A stretch of 64,000 bases of DNA from Microthyrium microscopicum. Taxonomy: Eukaryota. Location of the stretch: assembly GCA_010405405.1 (NCBI GenBank), contig MU004241.1:855373-919372 (forward strand). The letters are read 5' to 3'. This document shows, piece by piece, positions 24,194-37,778 of the stretch (positions are counted from its first letter, which is position 1; every line of letters begins with the position of its first letter). Made by a program: the position numbers and the translations under genes. Below the pieces are notes generated by a model that worked only from the letters and a program-made list of their open reading frames with translations, was not told the origin of the DNA and searched no databases.

Positions 24194-25589
24194 ATGTCAT
24201 ATCTACCACCAGATCACCCACCACCATCATATGCTGCTCCATCCTCATATCAACCACCAGACCATCCTCCCCCATCATATGCTGCTCCATCCCGTCAACC
24301 ACCTCAGCATCATGAGAAAAACCAACGTTGGGAGTCATCCCACCCCGAAGACACACTCGAAAGCCATCATCCCATGACAGCAGAACAACAAGCACAAGAA
24401 GAAGCAGCAGAGAACGCCTACCTTGAAGAATCCCTCCGCACAATTCCTCGCCCTCTTCACCAAAGCTCCTCCTACCCACGCCTACCAAAAGTCATCGCCA
24501 TTCCCCAAATTGCAATCGGCCTCAAAATCCGTCCCCCAAATCCCATGATGCGAGCTTACGCCCAATCGCTGTCCGCGTACGAAATTTCTCCCAAGGACTT
24601 TATGCAGATGATCGATACGATCAATATCTGTCTTAGTCCATCGCCGCCCTTCCAGGTCATGCAACTCGCCAGTATGGGAGTCGGTTTCGTGCCGCATCAT
24701 TGGGCCCAGGGTGTCAGTGCTGGACTTGGAGTTCTAGCTGGTGCAGGCATAGCCGGGACTTGTTATTTGCGTATGAAACGCTGTCTCGTAAAGATGCGGG
24801 AGGAGATCTGGAAGCCGCGAGGGCTGCGGTGTAGACTTCTCAAGGATCGAGAGTTGCTTGAGGTGTTGGGGATTAGTGAAGAGCAGGCTGCGAATATGAT
24901 GTAAGTTAAAATAGCCCATGCAATGGTTATTTTCCGCATGCTAACAATTCACACCCAGGCCTTCACTTGACGGTGGTCCACTTGACTTGGGTCCACAAAC
25001 CGATGTGGTCAAACGGAGACTCGAGGCGTTGAGCCCATACATTGCTCCGTTGGACTTTAATGTCCCCGCGCCAGCCGAGCGACGGAATCCTCTAGACAAT
25101 ATGAGCGCAAAACAACAGGCGCGAAAGATCTCAAAGAAGGAACGCAAAAACGAAAAGGAGGTTCTCAAACGTCGAAAGTCAATCGAAAAGACTGCTCGAA
25201 AGTACGATCGCACTTCGGAAGAGCTCTATGCCTTAGACGCTGATTGGGACTCTGACGTCTCAAGTGTTTTGAGCATGGAAGATGAGCTTGAGAAACTGGA
25301 TAACAAGCATGCGAAGAAGGAAAGAAAGGCGAGGGAGAAGATGACTAGTGCTAGCAGTGAGAAGAAAATGCGGGAACGTGAGAAGAAAGCAATGGAGGAA
25401 CGAAAAGAGTATGAAAAAGAGAGGGCCAAGATACAGAAGAAGTTGGACAAGCGCATGAATAAGGGAAGCAAGAAGGAGAAGAGGATGGGAAAGAAAGAAA
25501 ATAAGGAGAGGAAGAAGGTTGGCTCCTTGAGATGGATTGTGATACAAAATTGGGATTGGGAAGCGGAGGATAGCAATGAATCTTCGTAA
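24194..25589 (+). CDS. Conserved fungal protein: N-terminal PPPSY repeats, central hydrophobic domain, Lys/Glu-rich tail
   Basis: Intron 24901-24958 joins two ORFs. Features PPDHPPPSYAAPS x2, IAIPQ...MRAYAQSL, WKPRGL and C-terminal LRWIVIQN. Confidence 0.75.
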
Positions 25590-25609
25590 TATTAGATAAA
25601 ATTCAGTGA

Positions 25610-27180
25610 TTACAGCAATTGCGAGTCCAGTTCTTTTGCTGGCTGAGGTGTGGGAGGTTGAATATTCAATAGATATCCGGCAATTGCCCATCTTCCAACT
25701 GCTCCGAACTGTATTTTATCCAACACTTCCGTTAGCCAGACTCCAATGGCAGGCTCGACGATTCCAACAGCATCCCAAGCCATTCTCAGCGGGAAAAGAA
25801 AAGCGAAACTACCTGTTCCTTGACTCATGACGTGGAGGTGATATTCCGCGCTACGACATATTTCGATGCCAGCGATGTACATCTGGTTGGCTACTTGTAT
25901 GGTAGATGAATGGCCATTCCCTTCATCAAGTTCTCGGATGATCTTCCCCAGGAATATGATACACGCATTATACATCGCCATGGCATTGGCTTGGCGCAGG
26001 CTGTTGTAGTAAAGATTGGTGGTCCAGAATGGAACAGGGACACCGTTCGGCGGGATATAAGAAGGATTACTACTACTGACTGGAGTCTCAGAGCAATAAT
26101 CGCCTTCTGAGGCGTCCCATGATGCTTTCCAAGCTTCGAGCTGTACGAGTAGTGATCTCGTTTCTATATCCAATGCTCGAGCAAGGTCGCCCGCTTTCTC
26201 TTTGGGCTTGCAGGTATACATACGATCCTTGGAAACGAGCAGTTGTGGACAGTCGGCAAGGATGTCAATGAGATATTGAAAAACATCCTTTTGGCCTAGA
26301 TCGTCCTCCCACGGGATGACTTTCCAGCGCTTCTGAGATAGAATGGTATTTTTATGCAGCACAATTGCCGAGTATATCATACTCGGTCTCGATGTCTCGA
26401 ACAAGTCCCGATCAGGCATTCTTTTAAAAGACTCTGGGCCACGAAACTCGATAAGTCTTTCTAGTCCGAGACCATGGACTATCCAGCCATTGGAATTATC
26501 TGACAGAAGCATCTGAAATGGATCAGTCTCGAGCTGGCAAGTTATCGTGCAATCAAATTACCTCGTATGTAGCCATCAGAAGGACAGCCTTTAGAACATC
26601 ATAGGTCCTGGATTTGGAATCGTCATGCAGTGCTTCGTTCAGTCCTTTCAAGGCGGAGCTGTAGCGTCGAACTCCCCTTTGGACGACTGCTTGTTCACGA
26701 TGATCATTTCCAAAATATGAAGTCGCGAGTGCAAGGAAACAGGTATCTGATAGCACCCGGTCGACCTCTGGCACGTAGATATCATCCAGCTGATAACTGC
26801 CCCTTAGCAAGTGGGCCAAAGTGTAGCTCACAAATAAGTCATCCGTTGGCATTGCAACCTTCGACCAGGGAGACCATGAACTCGAAAGCAATCCTGTTTT
26901 GTTCTCAATCGTGTCTACAATCTGAAGTTCTGGCTCCGTCTTTGGAGTTGAGGGCTGCTGTTCGGGTTGACCATTAAATTGGATGATTGTCATTGTGGGC
27001 CAGTCGCCACAACTCAATTTGGCTTTCAGACATCTTCTACAGTTTGGTCGAGTTTCATCTAGTATTCAATCAGTACCTTCGAAACAGGATTAGCCCAGGT
27101 AAAGAAAGATACATACCGCATTTTACGCGGCGCCTTTTGCAATTCTTGCATGCTTTTGATCTGCCTCCTACCCCAACCAT
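25610..27180 (-). CDS. Zn(II)2Cys6 transcription factor, 3 exons
   Basis: MVGVGGRSKACKNCKRRRVKC|DETRPNCRRCLKAKLSC. Introns 27116-27059 and 26561-26513; C-terminal fungal TF domain (WIVHGLGLERLIEFRGP, FPLRMA). Confidence 0.9.
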
Positions 27181-28139
27181 CCTACAACAGAATCATGGCC
27201 TTTGGATAGTAGAAGAACAGAGAGGACAAAGTACATATAATGAAAAGTTATGCTGTATCAGATGTGCTGCGATCAGAGATACCACCATCAAATACATGAC
27301 TCCTTTGGGTTCATACTGCAAGTAAGCGCTAAAAGCGTCGGTGACGCAAGCTGGTTTCGGAGTTGCTTCCGCGGTTTCTCCTGCTACTGTAACACTAAGA
27401 AGAACAAAAACCAACGTACGGATCTTGCAAAATTCTCATCACCATGTAAGCTTGCATCAAATCAAGTTCAGATCAAGGTAGCAGAATCTTAAAATTTTCG
27501 CGCCTACCTGCAAACCGTAATTCGACTGTTGATGTTGGTACTTCAGTTTAGTGCACCAATCAGATCTGACTTGCCCTCTGAATCTCGACTGTGATTGGTT
27601 CTCAGCCTCAGCCTTAAGCCAAGCCTTATCATCATTGACCACCTGCTTGCAGCTCCCGTCAGTAATTTGCCGTCTTTTATGTGATTCAGCCAACTAACCT
27701 AGAGCCAAGTTACCAAAAGAGTTCTACAGATGGGATATAAATGTCATATGAATACAGTCCATGAGAGGTTTAGAAATAACATTCAGTGAAAGCAAGTGAA
27801 TAATTCATATCAAGAGTCCCTAAACGCCGGTTCCTGCCAATCCTAGCAGCGAAACCCATCCCATTTCCCCAACCTATGGCAACAGTTGTCAGGCCTTTGA
27901 AACTGAGTCTCAAGCTATCCACCCAGATCAAGTGGAAAGCTCTGCTTCAGCGAAGGGTATACATAAAGTCCTCAAGGAATATCCACGGCCTAACCCAGCA
28001 TGGTCCTGTTTCCCCAGCTGACCCTTCCGAAAACGCCATGGTACGACAGAACAATTGGACATGAATGTGCTATGATGCACTTGAATAGACGGCCACATAC
28101 AGAGTCATGAGAATAAAGCAACAAGAATGAGATGTTCTC

Positions 28140-29279
28140 TCATGCAGCTGCCGCATCCTTCTTAGGCGTCGCCTTTTTTGCGGCGGGCTTCTTTGTTGGT
28201 GTCTTCTTGGTGGTGGCGGCTTTCTTTGCGGTGGGAGCCTTGGTCTTGGTCACTCTGCCTGAGCTGGTCTTGCCAGTGACAACAGCTGGCTTGTCCTCGA
28301 CAGCTGGTGCAGCCTTCTTTGGAGCCTAGAAAGTGGTTAGATATTGGCGAAGCAAAGATCATGATGTTACATACAGTCTTAGCCTTGGTATTAGCTTTTG
28401 GCTTAGCAGCAGCGGCGGTCTTCTTTGGTGCGGCGGCCTTCTTCTCTGCTGCAGGCTTCTTGGCCTTAGTAGCAGCGGGCTTCTTTTCGGTGGCAGCCTT
28501 CTTTGGTGCGGCCTCTTTCTTGGCGGCAGCAGGCTTAGCAGCGGCTTTAGCAGCAGCATCTGGTTTCTTGAGCTTGACTGGTCCAGATGGGCCTGTAGAA
28601 CAGTTAGAATAATGCGCTGAGCAATGGAATAGCTTGCGGTTGGGAAGGGCGGCCATGCGACAACCCAAGCCACCAAGCGGCAGCAAGGCGCGATAGGAGC
28701 GTTACTCACCCTTTGGGCGCTCGAAAACTCCCTGCTCTTCACCAGCAGCAAGAGCGCGGTTTACGTGAGAGTTGAATGCAGCTTCGGTAGTAGCACCAAG
28801 GTCGTTGTTGGACTGAATGTACTTCTTGATTGCCTGACGACTAAAGTGCCAAAAGTTAGCGATGGAGTCACTAAAATCTCGCCCCACGACAATCAAAATT
28901 GCCGGGTTGAAAGTGGGAATTCTGCTAATTTTTCAAACGTACCTTGAACCTTTTCGTTCTTTAAGCTATTCATGAGAAAACCAAGGTTAGCTATTAAAAA
29001 TTGGAGTGGTGGTGGTTGGTTGAATAAAAAGCGACTCCACGGTCGCATGATCGCGGACTCGAAAAACCACCCAACTCGTAATGCGCCGGAATTGATCAAC
29101 TTACATGCGTAATAGCGATCTTGATCATATCTAGATAAACAGATTCGTCAGTAAACGGCGACCTAAATATCACCCAAGCGCAGGCAAAGCAGCGTGGTGG
29201 TTCATAGTTATTTACCTTGGTAACTTCCATGAGAGGTGGATGAAGAAGCAGCCTTCTTGGTTGCGGTTTTGGGAGCCAT
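28140..29279 (-). CDS. HHO1: Histone H1, 6 exons
   Basis: MAPKTATKK...SYQDMIKIAITHLKERKGSSRQAIKKYIQSNN...PKGPSGPVKL plus a Lys/Ala-rich tail; five GT-AG introns. Confidence 0.95.
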
Positions 29280-30515
29280 TTGGACAGAATGTGATGGATT
29301 TGGCTGGAGTAAGTTGTATAAAGTGGACGTGGATGAATGGAGTTGTAAGACGAGATGCCAACGGCAACAGAGAATTGTATGATAGTTTGGGTTGGTGAGA
29401 GAGGAAAGATTGGATTAAACTGGACTGACAAGAATCGGGGGGGGGGCCTTTGAACCTACAGACGACGATGACCAGCGATATCAACAGACTGGACAGGGGT
29501 GCTAACTTCGCGCGGGGCTAGCGCGACTTCCCTATCCATTCAATTATATACAGCCGCTCGGGCCTTCTTGCTGCATCCGCCGACTTTGAAGCCTAGTGAT
29601 TGGTCGAGCAACAGCAAATCTTGCCTTACTGAGCCACATGACTTCCTAGTTAGGATAAGCGCGAACCAAAGCTCTTGCAGCTGATGTTTGAAGTCGTAGC
29701 CTTTTGGCGGCACATCAACTCGCGCCTGCCAAGACTATATATTGTCCTCGCCCCCGTTTCCATCGTTCCCTCTCTTCTCCTCTCACTCGCGAGAAATGAT
29801 ACATGTATGATGTTAGACAGTATGAGATATATCGGACTGAAAATGTAGCCTTACGGTTCATGGATCTTATAAACCGTCATGGTAAACACGCGACCAAGTC
29901 TGGTACCTTTGCCTAAAACTATTGCCTATTGTGACGCTGGAACGATAGACTTGTGGAGTAAAAAGTTGATTTGTGTTATGATAAACCTGCCTACTCTACT
30001 CTATCGCTGGCGCCTCGTCGCGTGTTCTTGGAGAGAGCGCATCTTAAAACCATCTGAGTACTGTTGTCTTGAAGAGCTCTAGGCAACACGAGGATGAAGC
30101 ACCATCTTCACAACACTGGCGTGACGTGTCTTGCTGAAGGCCATTGTGCCACGTCTGGTCAAGTACGGGGACTCATGAATCCACATCTCAATTGAGATTC
30201 CTGATCAAGGGGCCATGCGTGGGTACTAATAATTATTCAATGTTTTATCTAGACCTGCAAACATTATCTCGCTCTACGTTGATCCTACAAGCCTTGTACA
30301 AAAGGGTCACTGGGTTGAGTTTCAGGCTGAATCCACCCATCGTTCATGTGTCCCTTGATCAATACCCAAACCCTCTCGGCTGCATGACAGACATGAGTCA
30401 CACTTCGTGGAGTAGCCTCAATCTGCTAAGACACCCCCAAGATGGAGGCCGGTCTAGGTAGCAAGAATCCACAGCCTGGTGCAGTGGACAGTCCTTCAGA
30501 AATCCATATCGTTGC

Positions 30516-32167
30516 TCATTTACTACGCTTCTCAACGATAATTGGACCATGTTCGTCATACTCCTTTCTTGATATCCAGAGCTGATAGTAAAGTTAGCTC
30601 AAGTTCAGCCATATATACTAGAGTGCGTACCTGGTGGAATGATCCCAAACTCGAAAGTATACTGCCACCAATCCAAGACGCGAACTTTCTCTCAACCGGA
30701 TTGCTAGGCGCACTAAGACGGACATTCGGACCTGGGAACAGTGCCTTGATTTCGATATCGAATCGTCGCACAAAGCCCTGCATGAGCGATGACCCGCCAA
30801 CAATAACTATATTGTTGAGCAGAGCCGGTCTGACTTCCTGATCGCAAGCCAGTAGCGAAGCCTCCACGAGCTTCGCAATAGTCTGCTCTGGCTTTGGAGC
30901 AGGGTTTTCGTCATTGCTATATGCGCCTGCTGCATCGAAAAGTCCTTCAGAGACCTTGTATCTTTCCGTGCCGAATAGCTGATTCCAGCCATCAGGCATT
31001 TCATAAGTTTTGCCTGGATCACTGCTCTTCGCGGCCTCCTCGTTTGTCATGCCTTGCGCCGCAGGAGCACTAAGTCTGCCGTGCTCGTAGACTTGAACAA
31101 CCGATTCTTTGAATCCTTTTAGGACGCGCTCCTCCTCCCAGGCGCGGAATGAGTCGGTGGGCGAGACTGCGAACTTTTTGTAAACTGCCTGTGATGGTTG
31201 GCCAGCATCCACTGGCGTTTTAGACTCGATCATGTAGTAAGGAACAAGTGGTACGGGACTGGGTTGAGAAGCGAACATTTGCCGGATCTGGTTCGAGATA
31301 AAGTTACCTCCTAATGGCGAAGTCTTCACACCTGCAGTATTTTAGCTAGATTGATGATGACATCTAGATCTACTTACCCTTCTTTAGTATCATACCATCC
31401 ATCAGTGGTGTGATGGACACCATGGACGCGCCAACATCTACTACCAGAGCCGTGGTTTTGCCAACTGAGAATCTGTCCCAAACATTAGCTTTAAGCTTTC
31501 AGTAGTGTTAATGAGTGTCATACGCTGCCAATTGACCCGTTTTTGCCATATAGAAGGCCGGAATGTCCCAACCTTCCATCACCAGTTCAATAGCCTTTTG
31601 TCTGCTCGAGCTAGTAGTCTTTCCAGGCTCGCTCATCAGCAGTGGATGAAAAGCCATGGGATTCTCCTCATCATCTGCATCGTCGCCATTCGCACCATTC
31701 TCTCCGTCCTTCATCTCCGTATCCTCTTCATCCTCCGCACCCCCTTGGGTAGTGGACCCAGTGCGTATTGTGCGTTTGCGCTCGCCAGTCAGTCTTGAAG
31801 TGATCGCATATTCCCAAAGTTTTCCTGCCGCATCCCAATCCGACACCCATTCCTCCGCGCCGCCGCCTGCTAGTGGATTGCGCACATCTATATAAGGCTG
31901 GGGATCGTGCATGGCATTTTCGCCAAAGAGGAGCTTTGGGGCGGCCGCGCCGGGTGGGTTCTTAACACCATAGTAGGTTGGCACGATGCTTTTGGGTACG
32001 TCTTCGCCTGCGAAGCCGGCGCGCGTGGTGGCAAAGCCTGGATCGAGGACGAGTGCTGATACTTCATCTGGGCGCGTTGTTAGACCTGAGAATGGACTCG
32101 GAGGTAACTACTCACCGCCACCATAGTCGGTTGACTGGGGTTGCGTGAACTGATTTGGGGTAGCCAT
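30516..32167 (-). CDS. ARP4: Actin-related protein 4 (NuA4/SWR1/INO80 subunit)
   Basis: [41 protein letters not shown] and [11 protein letters not shown]; multiple introns. Confidence 0.93.
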
Positions 32168-32452
32168 TGCGGCTTATCCTAGAGAGACAGAACGCGACGA
32201 TAGAAAATGGGAGGAAGAGTATTCGTTGAAGCAGGATTTAGATTGTGTGAAAATAAGTTTCATTGAACATCCGAGTGGAAGCAGTCAAAGATGGCGGGCA
32301 GAGCTTCATCCAATGAGGACTATTTACAGGGCTCTGCTAGCGCGCGCTAAGGTTTTAGCGCGCTTACGCGATGGCACAGTTTGAAAGCAGTTGCATTTCC
32401 ATCCTGCAGAGGGTAATGTACATATTTATTGGTAGATATCCAGAGGAGTGTA

Positions 32453-33427
32453 TTATGTGTCCCTCATAGAGTAGACATCTTCGATCTTGGCTTTGGCCAG
32501 TTTGTCTGGAATCGGAATCTTTCCTCCGGTCAATTGACCAGCTATCCTCATCATCCTCACGCTCATTTCGCGATTCAATTTCTCCACCGCCAATGGATCT
32601 GGACTCTCGTTGGAAATGTCTGGTGCAAGTCCCATCATTTCGCTGCTATTGAGCGGTTTGCCAAGTGCCCAAACACTGGGGTTGTAGTTCCACATGATCG
32701 GATTATCATCGTCCCCAAACACTTTCTCAATCTCCTCGGCCAATTGATCGGTCGTTGTGATGAAGTTCCTCGCGTGGAGGTATAATGAGTGCAAATGTTG
32801 TAACCGCTCTTCTTCTTCAGCTTTCAATAACCGTTCATGTGTCTCCTTCTTTTTTGGTTCCATATCCGGCGTGATCACTGGCTGAGTTCTATTCTTGCGC
32901 AATGCATCGCGGATGGCTTTTGACACACTCGGCTTAGTCCAAACTTCATCGTGACCTTCAGGTGCCCCCAGTGCTTTCAGTTTGGATAATGTTTCGTGCT
33001 CTTCTCTCGTGTCCTGGCTATATTCCGTCTCGATGGTTCGATCGTACAATTCAGTGATACCCTGCCTTAGATTTGTTCTCCTCATCTCAGCCATCCTATC
33101 CTTATACGCAACCCTTTCATTATCGGTTGAACTCGGCCTTGAAGGTTCCGGGGTAGCCTTTGCTAGCCATTTTGGGGTGGCTTTGTACTGTCTACGTCGT
33201 GGAAGGATCTCTTTTGGGGTGGGCAAAACGCCTTTGAGGGGAGCCGGAGGAGGATAGACTGGGGCTTGTTGTGTTTTAGGAACTTCGACGTATCGAGGAG
33301 ATTCTGGTTTGACAGCTTGTAAGGAAGCAGATGTGGAAAGAAGTCTTTGCTGAGACAGTCGATGTGAGAATTGAGTAGGTAGAGAATTAAGGCAACGCGA
33401 TGAGCGCGCAATGGGGGGAATGGACAT
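32453..33427 (-). CDS. Probable mitochondrial ribosomal protein (mS26-like)
   Basis: Arg/Ser-rich presequence; KGVLPTPKEI, RMAEMRRTNLRQG and LHSLYLHARNFITT motifs as recalled for fungal mS26. Confidence 0.55.
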   Translation of the reverse strand: MSIPPIARSSRCLNSLPTQFSHRLSQQRLLSTSASLQAVKPESPRYVEVPKTQQAPVYPPPAPLKGVLPTPKEILPRRRQYKATPKWLAKATPEPSRPSSTDNERVAYKDRMAEMRRTNLRQGITELYDRTIETEYSQDTREEHETLSKLKALGAPEGHDEVWTKPSVSKAIRDALRKNRTQPVITPDMEPKKKETHERLLKAEEEERLQHLHSLYLHARNFITTTDQLAEEIEKVFGDDDNPIMWNYNPSVWALGKPLNSSEMMGLAPDISNESPDPLAVEKLNREMSVRMMRIAGQLTGGKIPIPDKLAKAKIEDVYSMRDT

Positions 33428-33694
33428 CGCTGCAGGCTATATCGCTCGGAGATTCATGAGATTTATGATGAATGTCTGTATGACCAAAGTTGATATCCTG
33501 TCGCATTAGAGATCTCGAGAGCAGGAGACAGAAACAAGATACCAAAAAAAGTTGCTGAATAAGCACTAAATTCAATTGAGCGTAGCTTTCTGCCCAACCC
33601 CTGCCAAAAAAAGTTCGACATTCATCCCACTTCAGTTCCACCATCTTTCTTCCAACCACATCTTGAATCGACTCTCGACTCTGACATAGCAAAA

Positions 33695-35961
33695 ATGGGT
33701 ACAGGAAAGAAGGAAGCCTCGCGCAAGGAGCGCCAGGGAAAGACCAATGATGGCATGGCCAATGTGAAAATAAAGGGAGAGAACTTCTATCGCGATGGTA
33801 AGTCTTGACTGCCTATAGAAACGAGTTTGACTTATTCGTGTAATAGCCAAGAAGGTGCGGGTGCTCAAGAGATTGACTGATGGAAAACCGACTCGAAATG
33901 CCGCCGGAAAAATCACTCAATCTGCCTCGTACCAATCAAGAGACAAACCCAAGGCCCGCGTAGAGCCTCATCGAAAATGGTTCACAAACTCTCGTGTCAT
34001 CTCACAAGAAACTCTCTCTTCCTTCCGAGAAGCCATTGAGCAACAAACTGCCGATCCTAATAGCTATCTCCTCAAATCCAACAAGCTACCTATGTCCCTT
34101 ATACGCGACGACGAAACCAAGACGAAGAATGGTGTCCGTATATATCAAGCGAAGATGGTTGTTGGCGCCTCCAGTTTCAAAGATACATTCGGGCCCAAAG
34201 CTCAGCGCAAAAAGGTCAAGCTTGGTCTGAGCTCTTTTGAAGATCTGGCTGGAGAAACGGTGAAGCAGCACGATACTTTCCTCGATCGACAAGAGCAGGC
34301 CAAGTTGCTTACTGGCCAGCTTGGTGCATATACAGATCTAAACGAGAACGATAAAGATGAAGCAACCGGCGTACTTTCCGCAGCCAGGGAATCAATATTC
34401 TCCAAAGGCCAGAGCAAGAGAATATGGAATGAGCTTTATAAGGTTATCGACTCCAGCGATGTTGTCGTACACGTTCTGGATGCTCGCGATCCAGTGGGCA
34501 CTAGATGTCGTGCTATCGAGCAGTATTTGGAGAAAGAAGCGCCGCACAAACATCTAGTTTTCATTCTCAACAAGTGTGACTTGGTTCCGACAGGTGTCGC
34601 GGTAAGTTCACCAGGTTTTTTCGTTTGCATGTTTTTCCGATACAAGAGTTTAAACACTCCCCAAGGTTAAGTCAAGGATAGCTTCGCCATTGCGCATCTC
34701 CATGAAGCAATCCTGTTACAACTTTGGGATATTGATACCAAACTCGATTTTACAGTGTCCGTTTCGGATGTTGCCAGAGCTTGAGGTGTTTCGTTTGAGT
34801 TGAGGTTGATTCTACTGAAAATGGTCAACCTCTTAGTAACGATTCACACATTTCAGAGCAATTCTTTGAAATATATGTTTGACTTCAAACTAACTTCAAT
34901 AGGCTACTTGGGTTCGATTACTGTCCAAGGAACACCCGACCCTAGCTTTTCATGCTAGCATTACCAACAGTTTTGGAAAGGGATCTCTAATTGCACTTTT
35001 GCGTCAATTTGCAATCCTTCATCAGGACCGAAAGCAAGTCTCAGTCGGGTTCGTCGGATACCCCAACACCGGAAAATCGTCCATCATCAACACACTCAGA
35101 AAAAAGGTACGAATTATTTTTACTCTAAAATCAATGCGAAAAGCGACACTCACATACTACTAGGTTGTTTGCAAGACCGCGCCGATACCCGGAGAAACAA
35201 AAGGTACGAGTCACCTGTCATATTATCTTGCAAAGCCGTACTGATCATATCAAAGTGTGGCAATACATCACCTTGACTCGTCGCATCTACCTCATAGATT
35301 GTCCCGGCATTGTTCCTCCAAATCCAAATGATACTGATTGTCAAATTTTGCTCAGGGGTGTGGTTCGAGTGGAGAACGTGGAAAATCCTAGGTACCAATC
35401 GCGCCAGTTGTTCATCTATCCATGCTAATCAGTCGATGAAGTCAATACGTTGCAGTAATGCTATCCCTATGCCAGACAAGACATGTTGAGCGAACTTATG
35501 GCATCAAGGGTTGGAATTCGGACGATGAATTTCTAGAGATGCTTGCTCGTAAAAGTGGCCGATTGCTCAAAGGCGGCGAGGCAGATTTAAATTCCGTTGC
35601 ACGTATGGTGCTAAACGACTTCCTACGAGGCAGGGTGCCGTGGTTCATACCTCCACCAAAAGGCGACGATGCAAAAGTAGAGGGCATGGAAGGCAGGGAA
35701 GGTCGTTTAGGAGAAATGAAAACAGGCACTAAACGAAAACGCGACGAAGCTGATAGTCAACCGAAGGCTCCAGGGATAGCGGAAGATGATTTTGAAGGAT
35801 TTGAAGACGAGAGCGAGAACGGACAGGAATCGGCAGGGGAGGATGATTCCCTAGAGATTACCACACAATCCTCACAACAAGACGATAGCGACGATCCACC
35901 GGACGAACTGGATGATGACGAGCTCGAAAATGACGAACTTGACCCTCAGTCTGATCAATAG
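33695..35961 (+). CDS. NOG2: Nucleolar GTP-binding protein 2
   Basis: MGTGKKE...[43 protein letters not shown] and DCPG; several introns including 34602-34902. Confidence 0.96.
34652..34853 (+). ncRNA. Intronic H/ACA snoRNA, snR191/U19(SNORA74)-like
   Basis: Two guide hairpins with pockets AGTCA/GTTAC and GAGT/TAGT complementary to LSU helix 69 (GUAACUAUGACUC). ACA box at 34848-34850; lies in the NOG2 intron, as yeast snR191 does. Confidence 0.85.
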
Positions 35962-37778
35962 ACTAACCTGATCGAAGTTCTTCAGACGAAGCTGAATGCC
36001 TCAAGTACGATTGATACCCAATATAACGATTCTCATTACGGCGCTCTCATCTGATTTTAGCATGTCAATGAAGGAATAACAGACTGACATGCTCCTCAAG
36101 CTTGAGCTTATTTGACATTGAAAGTCATTATCGAAAACTAATTCCAGTCTGTTGAGCACTAAGCACTGCGAAGAATAGTGCAGAGTATTATGAAATGCCT
36201 GGCTCAAATCACAACATCTTGACAAACAACTCTAACTTTATTCAACCTCAAGAACCCGGCACCAATAAACTTTTCAGCAGTACCTTCTTGATCTTGAAGT
36301 CTAATTCCAAATATCTTTCTGTTGTCGCCTTGCGTTGACCTTACGGTTTCTGGCAGCTGACGACGAAGCAACTTTTCATTTGCAAAATTTATCTCCACAG
36401 AACAACTCCTAGGTGATCTAGTGGCGTTCTCCGTCGGTAGCAGAGTCCAGATATGATATGATTCCCATCTTCTCCACCTCTCTTCATAGGATACTAACTG
36501 TTCAGAGAAATCGTCTAGTAGGGAGTACCTGTGGATGACGTTTATCATATCACCGAATATTCACCATGCGCTATTCGGAAGGACGGTAAGACATCTCATT
36601 CGTTAACAAAGGCAATAATAGCGAGTAATATAGGGACCGTGCGGCTTTTAATATAACGGATCGAGTAGGTGTGATCTAGCCTTCTGGGTGTCATTCACCA
36701 GAAGGGGCGAATACAAATGTATTGTTCACAATATTCAGGGCTAGGATAATCGGGAATATTAAGCGGTCCAATAACATCATGACAGCTCTTGTTTCCTTGA
36801 GGCGAAGAACAAACAGTCTGCACCAGAGAAGAAGAAGGGCTTGCAAACATGGCATCCACGCGGCATCAAGGGAAGCAATTTTACAAGGCTGGGTTGACAT
36901 GGCTCGATACCAGCAATGTAGGTGGTTCGGACAAGCTCTACGAGCCCAAAAAGGTTATGAGTTCACTCTCATGGAAAATAGTCTGGTCAACTTCTTGGTA
37001 AATTAACCTACTCCATGAATGAGTGTGATAAGTGGCAGACATATGGTCATAGCTGATGGAAGCACGCCAGCAGCCACCGTTGACTAGCACTTATGTAGTG
37101 AAAATATAGGTCTGCAGACCTGTGTGGATATGGTAGATTAATCGAATTTGTCTGGGGTTTCGCTGGCGCATTCGACAATAGGTGAAAGAGACTCCTCATT
37201 GTAAATGGATTTGCGCATGGGAATTGTTTGCTGAGACAGCCTAACAGTGAGCAGGGTGCGTCGCACTTCGAGTTTGATATTGCCACGCAAAGAGTAGGAA
37301 GCTTGGGCAAAGATCTTCAGATTTGCACCCCAGTGTTGACTTATTTTTAGGAGAGTTTCACGGTTACAAAGAACAATTTTGGGGACTTTGTAATTCAAGA
37401 CTTCCAGGATTTGATATGAAGACCAAGATGTGCCGCAAGGCATGGGCGGCCATCGACCCGTCTTCTTTTAAGGCGTCCTAGTTAATATCAAAGTATATTT
37501 GTCTCAGCATACTTCCTCTTGCTATTGTGGCTGTAAATCGCAGTTACCATTCCATTCGTTGGTTTTATATTGCACCGTCGAATCACCACCTTCTTACATA
37601 TTACTGAACATCAGCTTGCAGCGATAAGTATCCGCCATTGCCGACTGGATAATACTTAGCTGGAAATACGTTCGCGACAAAATCTGCCTCAAAAGATCGC
37701 TGTTTCTCCGCACGAAAGACTGCTTCACAGAACCACCTGAACACCAAAGTCTAGCTCAACGATTTATGCACGGCCACA

